A DNA stretch of 64,000 nt from the NCBI GenBank assembly GCA_043228905.1, contig JBHGNT010000016.1, positions 13,826,001 to 13,890,000 on the forward strand. Direction: 5' to 3'. This DNA is from Azolla caroliniana (taxonomy: Eukaryota > Plantae > Polypodiophyta). Numbering within the stretch: position 1 is the stretch's first letter; each line of letters starts with the position of its first letter. Position numbers and translations under genes: made by a program. Positions 21,892 to 32,830 of the stretch are shown piece after piece. The notes beneath the pieces were generated by a model. That model did no database searches and had not been told where the DNA came from. It saw only the letters and a list, made by a program, of their open reading frames with translations.

Positions 21892-24800
21892 CTATGCCCC
21901 TTCTTCGACGACACGTCTCACGGGTCGTAGGGTTTGTATTAGGACCTGGTTTACAAGGATATTGGCGATGAAATGCATTGGAAAGATTTGCGGCAGGTTC
22001 CCAAGTTCGATCATTGGGGGTATAACCTAGCCAATTGACTAAGTAATACAACTTGTTGCGCACAATTTTAGAATTGAGAACGGCAGCAACTTCAAATTCA
22101 GGCCCGTCCAAGAACTCGACAGGTGGTGGGGGTGTCGTGAGTCGGCCTGGAATTGAACTTGTAGTATAAGGTTCCAAAAGGGATACATGAAACACCGGAT
22201 GAAGATGCATGTGCGGAGGGAGGTCAAGACGAAATGCAACATCACTTATCTTACGAGTGATCATGTAAGGGCCAAAACGTTGGTAATCCAATTTACTGCA
22301 AGGTCGACTGGTCTTGATGTTGTGTTGGAGAAGCCATACATGATCCCCAATGCGGAACTCTTTTGAGGAGTCTAGATGATGACGATCGGCAAGCCTCTTG
22401 TGTGTAAATTGAGCATCGTGCAAATTGTGGAGAATGTTAGCTTGAATTTCTTGGAGGCGACTAAGACGATCCTCGGCAACAGGGTTGGTAGGAACTTCTG
22501 GATGCGTATTCATCGTCCACCGAGGATGACAACCTGTATTTGCGAAAAATGGGGAATATCCTGTAGAAGAATGGGCTGAGTTGTTGTAAGAGAATTCCGC
22601 CAACTGCAAAAAAACAACCCAATCATCTTGTTGATAGTTGATGAAACAACGAAGATATTGTTCCAATATCTGGTTGGTACGCTCTGTTTGGCCATTTGTT
22701 TCAGGATGATAGCCCGAAGAAAGCTTAACTGAAATGTGGAGAAGTTTGAACATGTGCTTCCAAAACTTTGAGATGAATTGTGGACCACGATCACTAATAA
22801 TATCATCCGGCAGACCATGATGCTTAAATACCTCCCGCATAACGAGATCAGCCGCCTCTTGACTAGTAATCGACTTTGTACATGACAAGAAATGTGCCAT
22901 TTTGGTAAATCGATCAACCACTGTGAGAATTGCATCAAAACCTTTTGAAACTGGGAGATCAGTAATGAAGTCCAAGGATATAGACTTCCAAGGAGTTTTC
23001 GGAATGGGAAGTGGTTGTAGTAAGCCATAGGGTCGGTGACAAGGATTCTTTGATCGACAACATATATCACAACTCCGAACATAATCCTCAAAAAAATGAC
23101 GAAGGCGAGGCCACCAATAGCGTCGAGAAATTAATTCTAGAGTCTTGTGAACTCCAAAATGACCAGCCATTGGTGAGTCATGGCAATGTTGCAAAACTTG
23201 TAGCCGTGGGGGACCATCAAGAACATACAATAAATTTTGTCGAAATAGAAAACCACCATGCCAATAGAACTGACAATAGTCATTACGAGAATTTTTCGAC
23301 CGTGAGCAAGAAGCATGATCCGGGACGATATGATCCAAAACATCCTTGGCGAAATCATCAGTGGCCATATGATCTCGAATGGAATCAAGAAGAGTGGAAT
23401 TTTCAAGAGCTGTTATGGTGTTAACTACCATTAATTGTAATCAATTAGGACCCAAAAGGATTTGTTTTTGATGCTCAAATGCAGGTTCCCCTGGACGAAG
23501 TTCCATATAAGAGCGCCGAGAAAGAGCATCTTCTTTGCCTTGCTGCATCCCAGGGCGATATATGATGATAAAATCGAAGTGAGTCAAAAATTGCACCCAC
23601 CGGGCTTGTCGCCGACTCAAGACTCGAGCATTTTGGAAATAAGTCAGGTTCTTATGATCATTGTAGACAATGATCTGCTGAGAAGAACCTTCTAGGAAAT
23701 GTCGCCGTTGTTGAAATGAATCCACGATTGCAAGAAGCTCATTGTCATGGATCTCATAGTTGATCTCTACAGCTTCAAACTTTCGTGAATGAAAGGCGAT
23801 AGGGTGTAGTTGTCCATCATCTCCAGTCTGCGAGAGGACACTCCCTAGTGCAAAATCGGATGCATCGGCTTCGAGGATGAAGCGTTTTGTTGGGTCGACA
23901 TGTGCTGAGATAGGTGCCGTTGTAAATGCTCGTTTTAAGCTTTCAAATGCCTCGGCTGCATCTAAACTCCATATAAGTGGTCGATCTTTATGTGTGAGTT
24001 GAGTAAGCGGAAGCACAACCTTGGAATAATCTTTAATAAATTTTCGATAAAAATTTGCAAACCCGAGAAAACATTGCACATCATGCACTAAAAGGGGCGT
24101 TTTCCACTCTAAAATTGCTTGTACCTTCATGGGTTCCATAGCAATACCATTTGACGATACAACATACCCCAAAAATTCCACTTGATTCTGGCTGAAACTA
24201 CACTTTTCTAATTTTGCGTAGAGACCATATTCTCGGAGTCGACGCAATACCTGACGAACATGTTCATCATGCTCCTCTTGGGTCTTTGAGTAGATTAAAA
24301 TATCATCTAGGTAAACTATAGTGAAGATATCAAGAAAATCTCGAAAAATATCGTTCGCCATATGTTGGAAAACAGCAGGTGCATTCGTGAGACCGAATGG
24401 CATCATTGTATACTCAAAATGTCCATAGCGAGTGCGGAAAGTTGTCTTCCATTCATTCCCCGGGCAAATCCAAACTAGATTATATGCTCCGCGAAGGTCC
24501 AACTTCGTGAAATATTTTGCACCACTGAGACGTTCCAAAAGATTCAGGATTCAGATATCTATTCCGAATAGTCACTTTGTTTAGCCCTCAATAATCCACG
24601 ACCAACCGAAGAGTCCCATTCTTCTTCTTAACGAAGAAAATAGGTGCACCAACAGGGAATCTAGAATGCCGAATGAATCTGTTTGCCAGATTCTCATCAA
24701 TATATTCCCGCAAAGTTTCTACCTCTACAGGGGAGAGATTATAAATTGGGCCCCATGGAGGTTCTTTCCCTGGTTGTAAGTCAATAGGGCAGTCGTATGG

Positions 24801-25200
24801 CCGATGCTCCGGCAATGTATTGGCCTTCACCTTATCAAAGACATCTGAAAACTCCTTGTATTTCTCTGGAAGTTTAATATCCGCCTCACGTGAAGTGGAT
24901 GATGGAGTTGCTATTATTGCGAAGACGAACATGGCCTTGTTCCCCCCTTCCTCCCGCAACTATCGTAAAGAGATGGGCGATAACTCCAGGGATCTATTAT
25001 CACATGTAGGAGAGAGGGATGCAGGGTTTGTGCTTTTTTCTCGGGTCTCCTCAATTGTTCTTTTCATCCAATCAATCTTCGGGTTATGGAGTTCAAACCA
25101 GGGGAGACCTAGAACTATTGGGTGTTCCGAACTATGAATAATGTTGAAAGAGATTATGCTTGCCAAATTGCCAAGAACTATCCTAATTGGCTCGGACTCC
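21884..25200 (-). pseudogene. pol: Tcn1-like chromovirus pol (protease part, RT, RNase H, integrase, chromodomain), 5'-truncated
   Basis: VLGLPW, LRLVVDY, YLDD, EADASDFA, SLDFITDLP, chromodomain FEVAAVL..YYLVNWLGY..TWEP; stops, frameshifts and small deletions. Confidence 0.94.
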
Positions 25201-28200
25201 TCGACCCAAAGGCCTTGGTCACAAAAGATGACCACAACCGGGGAAGAGGCCAGTATCAAAGTCCCCAAAACCGGGACAAATCGGGGACGAGGTCGAAGTC
25301 AAGGGGGAGGCCCACGTGCTTCTATTGCGGGAAGCCGGGACATTTCCAGAAAAATTGCCGGCATTTCCGGAAAGAGAAGGAAACCGGCACTACCGATTCG
25401 AAGAAGAGTTCAGACCGAAACGGTTCAGATCGGAAAGGCACATCGGCGATCGCGACAAGTGAAGAAGAACTAATGCTCATTACCGAAGAGAATGAGTTAA
25501 ACCTTGTCAGCGACGAGACAACATGGGTTGTCGATTCCGGAGCATCGTTCCACCTGACACCGGATCAGAAATGCTTCTCATCCTACACAGCCGGTGATCA
25601 TGGTTGTGTCCGGATGGGGAACGAAGGGACATGCCGAATTATCGGCATAGGAGATGTGTTTTTGATGAGATCAACAGGATGCAAATTGCTGTTGAAGGAT
25701 GTTCGACACATTCTGGAGGTTCGACTAAACCTGATATTAGCCGGTTGGGTAGATGATGAAGGCTACACGGGTAGCATCCAGAACGATGTTATGAAACTCA
25801 GCAAGCGAAGCTTGATAGTGGCTTGAGCCTCGAAGATCAACACACTGTACTTGATGAATGCCCGGATATGCCGGGAAGAAGTGAACATAGCATCTGACAC
25901 TGCTGGTGAGCTGTGGCACAAAAGACTGTGTCACATGAGTGAGAAGGGGATGAAGAGGCATTGATAAAGACAACCTCATTCCAGTGAAGGACGTGCAACT
26001 TGAGAAATGCACTGATTGCTTGGCCGGCAAGCAAACCGAACCTCCTACTGGTCAAGACCACTACGGCAAGTGCACACGAATTCACATGTCGGATCGCAGT
26101 AATTCGTGACATTCATAGATGATCACAGCCAGAAGCTATGGGTCTCACCATTGAAGACAAAGGATCAGCTGCAATCTATCTTCAAGGAGCTCCATGCGAG
26201 AGTGGAACGAGAAACCGGTCGGAAGCTGAAGACAGTTCAACTAGATAACGGAGGAGAATACCGGGGGTAGTTCGAGGAGTACTGCCGGTCGAAGGGAATC
26301 CGGCTCAAGTTTACTATGTTGAAGACGCCGGAACTAAACGGGCTAGCCGAAAGGATGAACCGGATCATAATGGAGAGAATTTGGAGCATGCTAGCACATG
26401 CAAAGTTACCCAAGACATTTTCGGCTGAGGCGCTGACGACGACGACCTATGTGAAAAATAGATCACCCTCAACACCCTTGGAAGGAGACTCACCTTCGAA
26501 AGTATGGACCGGTAAAGATGTATGTTACTAGCATCTGAAGGTATTTGGGTGTCTCGCATATGTGCATGTTGCAAAGGACAAGAGAGCAAAGTTGGATCCG
26601 AAGTACAGGTCATGCATATTCCTTGGATACGGCGATGATGAGTTTGGTTCCGGGTGTGGGACCTGGTCGACAAGAAGGTGTTCCGGAGTCGGGACATAGT
26701 CTTCATGGAAGACAGGACCATTGTCGACTGGGAGTCGGAGAAGAAGGTGATGAAGTCCGGATCATTCATTGAAAACCGGACACTCGCCGGTAACCGGATG
26801 ACACTCGATGAACCGGCCGGATATGGACAAGGAACTGAACCGACCGATGAAGAAGAAGAAGAAGACACCGGAACAAGACAAGATCCCGAATTGGACGAGG
26901 ATGAGGAACAAACGGAGGAACCAGTAGTCAGAAACCAGAGACAGAGATATCCTTTCCGAGAGAAGAGAGCCCCCCGGAGATTTCTGGATGCAGAGCATGT
27001 GTTGCTAACCGATGAGGGGGAGCCGGAAAACTTCAAAGAAGCAAAGAGAGACACTGACAACTGCAAGTGGTTGAGTGCCATGCAAGATGAGATGGATTCC
27101 CTGCATGAGAACCATACATATGAACTGACGGAGCTGCTGAAAGGGAAGAGAGCACTCCAGAACAAGTGGGTGTACAAGTTGAAACCAGGAGATGTCGGAA
27201 ATCCACTTAGGTATAAGGCCTAAATCGTGGTGAAGGACTTCCAGGAGAAGAAAGGAGTGGACTTCGATGAGATCTTTTCCCCGGTAGTAAAGATGACATC
27301 CATCCGGATGGTATTGGGCATAGCGGCAAGCATGGACCTCGAGGTAGAGCAACTGGACATGAAGACGGCGTTCCTACATGGCAACCTCGAAGAAGAGATC
27401 TACATGCATCAACCAGAAGGATTTGAGAAGAAAGGGAAGGAGCAACTGATGTGCCGGCTGAAGAAGAGCCTATATGGATTGAAGCAAGCCCCCCAGTAAT
27501 GGTACTGGAAGTTCGACTCCTTCATGACCGACCAAGGGTACCACAAGACTCAGGCCGATCACTGCGTGTTTGTGAAGAAATTGGATGGAGGAGATTTCCT
27601 GATACTCCTATATGTGGATGATATGCTAATTGTCGGACGAGACCAAATCAAGATTCAGATGTTGAAGAAAGCTCTGAACCGAACCTTCTCAATGAAAGAC
27701 TTGGGGCCTGCAAGACAGATATTGGGAATGCACATCATCCGGGACCGGTCAAAGAAGCTGTTGTGGCTGTCACAGGAGAAGAATGTGAAAAAGGTGCTTC
27801 AATGGTTCAACATGTCAGAGGCGAAACTGGTCAGATCGACACTTACGACAAACTATAAGCTATCCAGAAAACAAAGCCCGAGGACAAAGGCAGAGAAGAT
27901 GGAGATGATGAAGATACCATATGCTTCTGTTGTCGGGAGGTTGATGTACACGATGGTATGTACCCGGCCGGATATCGAATATGTAGTCGGAGTGGTGAGC
28001 CGGTTCATCAACAATCCTGGCAAAGAGCATTAGAACGTGGTCAAGTGGATACTCGGGTATCTGAAAGGCACCTCGAGTATGTGCCTCCAGTTTGGTGCCG
28101 GAAAACCCCAACTTGATGGTTTCACGAATTCAGATATTTCGTTTGATGCAGATACTAGCCTGTCGACATCCAGATATGTCATGACTTATGGAGGGGGACT

Positions 28201-28587
28201 TGTTTCGTGGCAGTCGAGGTTACAAAAGACAGTTGCATTGTCAACCATGAAGGTTGAGTATATGCCAGTTGTAGAAACTGGCAAGGAGATAATCTGGATG
28301 AAGGACTTCATCGGAGAGTTAGGGATCCAATAGGAGGAATACCGACTCTACTGTGATAGTCAAACCTCCATCCACCTTGCAAACAACGCGGCCTACCATT
28401 CCTGGACGAAACACATCCAGCGGAGGTATCACTGGATTCGGGAGAGAGTAGAAGATCAAGAGTTCGTGCTGACAAAGATCCGCACGGAGGAGAACAGGTC
28501 GGACATGCTGACCAAGGTCCTACAACCAACAAGATGGACGCATGCCGAAAGCGGATCGGGCTAATAAGATATCCCATGCCGAAGTGA
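25200..28587 (+). pseudogene. Degenerate Ty1/Copia polyprotein, 5'-truncated
   Basis: CFYCGKPGHFQKNC, WVVDSGAS, ELNGLAERMNR, KTAFLHG, YVDDML, RNase H; many stops; family of 40362-44339. Confidence 0.94.
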
Positions 28588-29248
28588 AGGTGGAGATTGT
28601 TGGGAAATCAATCTCTCCAGATGGGATACGGTGATGAATAAAGAGGACCCGGTGAGAACCGGAAGAGATCCAAAAATCGGAGGAGAGCCGATGAGAACCG
28701 GAAGAGAAGACATATCTATAAATATGTTTTGAGTAAGCCTATTGCGGCTATATTTGTAAATATCCCTAAGTTTATATAAGTATAAATATGACTTAGGGCA
28801 ATCACATTGTAAGAAGTGTGTTATTATTGTTGTTGTAACTGTTGTACAGAGAGTGACCGAGAGAGAGAGAGAGAGAGAGTAGTGTTGTCTGCCTGGCCGG
28901 ACTAGCCTCAACACAGGTGTCTATCCGACACTTCTCTAAAGGGGTGGTAAGGATTGGATGCTAGGTTACACACGTAAGATGATTACACTAAGCACAGACG
29001 GTAAAACAATACAAAGATACAGATAAACACGCAATAATTCTATTTGTATTACTTTCGTAAACCCTTTACAAATCATCGGATCCTTTTATAGGCATCCGGC
29101 AAGGTTATAATCGGTGCACTTAGGCAACCGGCATCCGAATCGGTCCGGATCCGTCCCTCCGAATAATAATTATACTATTATTTACTTTCTATTATCCGAT
29201 CCGACTCCGCCTTCCCACTTGTCCTTGCTCTTCTGACCAGTCAACACA

Positions 29249-29271
29249 TGGCACACCCGTGGGAAAGTGCC
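29249..29271 (+). other. Inverted PBS-like / tRNA-3'-end-like motif at the PPT position
   Basis: TGGCACACCCGTGGGAAAGTGCC, 2 nt from the 3' LTR; no purine tract on the sense strand here. Confidence 0.7.
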
Positions 29272-29296
29272 TTGCACTTCGAATCCACTCCCGGCC

Positions 29297-32218
29297 TCAT
29301 TCTTCCTCCAAAATATCGAGCACACTCTGCTCGAAGCTGTCGAGTGGTGCTTCTTCCTCCAATTCCTGTTCCTTGCCTGCCTGGTCTCCGACCTCCGGTT
29401 GGGTTGGCTGTTCCGTAAAAATTTGCTGCTCCAGCTCTGCTTGATTCTGTGGTGCCGGTGCTTCCTCACCGCTCCGTCCGGGTTCTTCCTGTTCTCCCTC
29501 CGTTCCCAGCTCTGTTCTGTTACCAATGTCGCTTTCTCCGGTCTCGACTGGTCGACTCGGTGCGCCTTCTTCCTCTGCTCCGGTGTCTTCCGGTCTCAGC
29601 TCTTCTTCTTCTCCGACATCGGTCTGCTCCTGCTCTTCTTGATTTCCTTCAGACGAAAGTTCTTCTTCCGGTGTTCCTTGTCGGGGTTGTTCGGTGTCGG
29701 TTGGTTCAACTTCAGCCGGTCGCTCTCCCTCACTTATAGTGATTGGCGTCGTTCTTCCCTTGGCTTCTTGTCGTAACCGGTCCTGCTCGTATTTCTCCAA
29801 CTCCAACTGAGTTGCGAGCTGCCCGTCATCCAACCTCTCTACCAACCCTCAGATTTCTTTGAGATGTTCTTCCGCTAAAGCGTAGAAATCCTCCGACAAT
29901 TCTTCCCGAATGGCGACGATACTTTCTTCATCCATCTTGTAGAACTTGTCACCGGTCTTCCTCCGATTCTCGGCATCAGCTCGGAGTGTCTGCAGCTCGA
30001 CTGCCTGTTGTGACCACTCCTTCCATAGCTTTTCCGTACTCTCGTTGATGCTTGCCTGAGCTCGGGTACTCCAACCTAACATGATGAGCTTGATCCGGTC
30101 AACCCCCGCCTTAGCATGCGCATAAGCTTCTTGCTTTTCCTTCCTTGCCCGTTTTATAATGTCGGCCATTATCTGAGCCTGGGCCTCGTAATCCGCTTTC
30201 TGCTTTTCATAGGTACTTTGCAGTTTGTTGATCGTGAAGGTCGATCTTTCCTTTTCTTCATTCCTGATCTTGGTCAAATCCAGCTTTTCCCGCCTTAGCG
30301 CCTCTAATTCCTTCCTTCTCTCCGTCGCTTGGTTTATTTCCGCCGACAATGCTTCCTTTTTGGCACTGACCTCGTCCATTGTCTTAGCCAGGTCTAATCG
30401 GGTCTCTTTGAGCTGTTCTTTCAGCTTCTCTATTTGCCGGTCGTAGTCTGTTGCCCGTTTCTTGTTGTCTGACTCGGCCTACTTGTGATCTCGGTAGAGA
30501 CGGTCGAAGTCCTCCGTCTTCTGTTTCAGGAGTCGGCTTACCTGAGCTCTTAACCGGTCGTCCCGGTCCTTCTGTTGTCGGAGTTCTTCCTGCAGTCGTT
30601 CTATCTCCTGCTCGGCCTGTCGACGCAGTCGGTCCTTCTCCTTTTGCAGCTTCTCTTTTTCTTCTTGCAGTCGGTCATTAGTGGCTCGGTCTTTCCGGAG
30701 GCCTTCTTCCATTTTCCGTCTGTCGTCCTCCACCGCTTTCCGCTGCTCCCTTTCTTTTTCCCTTAATGCCTCCTAAGCTTTTAACTCCTCTCGTAAGGTT
30801 TCTATTATTTTTTCGGTCTCAGCGCTGGTTTGCAAGGCTACCGGTTCCGGTTCCGGTTCTTGTTGCTTCCTTGTTGTCCCGACCGGCTCGGTGACAACTT
30901 GTGCTTGTTGAATTCCTTCCCTTGCCTGCAATAGCTCCCCTTGCAATTCCTGGATCTGTGTTCGGAGCGCGACCAACTCTTGGGTTGTTGTATGCGTCAG
31001 GTGTTGCCTACACGTTTCTTCTTCCTCTAACTGGTCCGCTACTCCCGATAACTGCTCCGAAAGCCATCTCAGCCATTGTGGCTTTGTGCTTCCTGTGTCG
31101 GGGTAGCATTGCTCACTTCTACTCCTTAACTCAGGCTGTTTTTCCGGCCTTTTCTCTGGCTCCGGCGCTTGTTCATTCCTCTTCTCTGGGATGACCGGTT
31201 CTCTGAAGTCCGGCAAAACCAGTGTCGGTGCTGCTTCCCTTGGTACGGGTTCCAGTACTGCTTCCGCCCCGGCTGCTGGAGGTGGTCCTTGCGTCCTCTG
31301 CTAAGTTTTGTCAACTGGTGGAGCCGGTCCTCTTGCCCGTCTCTCCCGACCTTGTCTTGCTGGGAGTCTTACTAGTGGTTCGGATGAGTTTTCTGTTTCA
31401 GCTTCCTCCTCCGGTGCGGCTACCAGATGGACCTTTTGTATAAAGACCTCTGGTTCCGGTTCCGGCCGTCGCAGCGTTATATTGATTGGTTTCAGCGGTA
31501 CCAGTTCCTCCTCGGCCGATTTTCCTTTCCCTTTACCTGCCGTTTTTGCCTTTGTTGCCGGTTCCTGTTGTTGTCGGGATGGTCCTTCCTCCCGCTGTTC
31601 TGCTGCTTCCTGGGTCCATCCGGGGGTGTGTTTCTCCAGGATATGTCAGCGCTTTGTGACCTTTTTCGGCGTCGTCTCCTGCCGACCTCTTTTCTTTTGT
31701 TTGATGGGGAGCACCGGTGGGACTAACATCGTTAGCCATTGTGCTATCCCGGCCCATGGCTTTTTTCCTTCCACAAGGTTCTTGATGGCCTCCTTCAATC
31801 CTTCGGTTATGAAATGGAGCCAGTCCACTTGTAGTCCTTCGTACGTTGCAATTAAGAACGTTGCCCGGTACCTGGCTATGGTCGGGGGACGAGAATTCAC
31901 GAATCCGTATTCCATCATGGCGCGGGCCACTTCTCCGAACAGCAAGTTCTCTCCGCCCTGTGTTCGGTACGCCTTGCTCCTGATGGAATACTCACCGAAA
32001 TATTCGAACAGGATTTCACTTGAAGGGTTTTCGATCGTTTGAAGTCCTCCTGCTTTTATCCCCGTGAGCGCCTGCACCGCTCCTTCCGTGATTTCTGATA
32101 AATCAATCGATGCTGCCGCCAGCTCTGGTTCTGCGTGTGGTGGAGCATCGGCGATCCGCAGCAATCCTTCTAAACCGTTCTCCCTCATCCATTGGCGTGC
32201 CTCCTCCGACAGTGCCAT
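29297..32218 (-). pseudogene. Extra 3' ORF, about 973 codons: N-terminal globular domain, long coiled coil, acidic tail
   Basis: ORF pieces starting at 32218, 31216, 30733, 30379 and 29845 share one frame and are separated only by in-frame TGA/TAG (31646, 31301, 30773, 30479, 29849). Confidence 0.85.
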
Positions 32219-32699
32219 TGGTTCGAATTCTTCCTCTGTTGTCTATTGTTCGGGATCGGAATGTGTGTGCGTTGTGCGTCGGGTCGCTCTTTTGTGCTTC
32301 TGCGCCTGTGTGTAGGAAAATTCGTAAAAAGTAAGTCCTTCGCAGGCCTATGTCTTATATAGTGGCTTTTGCCTCGAGCCGCCCTTTTTCGTTTCCCGTG
32401 CATGTTTATCTCCCGCCATAATTAGTATGTCCTTTCTTGCTTGCCGCGTGTGAGTAATCCCTCGTATGTCGGTGCCCACGTTCCATGCTTTAAATAGCAA
32501 GTACGCGCACGTCCTCCTTTACTGCATGGCGCCTCTTCGTTGCATGGTGGCGCTCCCACCTCTTGTGATCTCCCCATCATTACTATGATTTTTTATTATT
32601 ATTTATTTATTTATTTATTTATTTTGTTTGGACCACGTCATTTTCTGGTCCCCCCCGGTTTGTTCGGGTCGGTTCGCGCTGATACCGGATCCTTCTGTC

Positions 32700-32830
32700 G
32701 GTTTTCCGGGATAGTCTTTGTCAGTATCGGTGTCCGTTCTTCCTTGGTCCGGATATCTGCAGCAGCGTCTGTCGGTGTCGGTTCTTCCTCGGTCCGGATA
32801 TCTGCAGCAGCGTCTGTCGGTGTCGGTTCC
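32700..32830. repeat. 48-bp coding tandem repeat (EEPTPTDAAADIRT) at the end of pol
   Basis: CCGGATATCTGCAGCAGCGTCTGTCGGTGTCGGTT occurs twice, plus a degenerate third copy. Confidence 0.85.
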
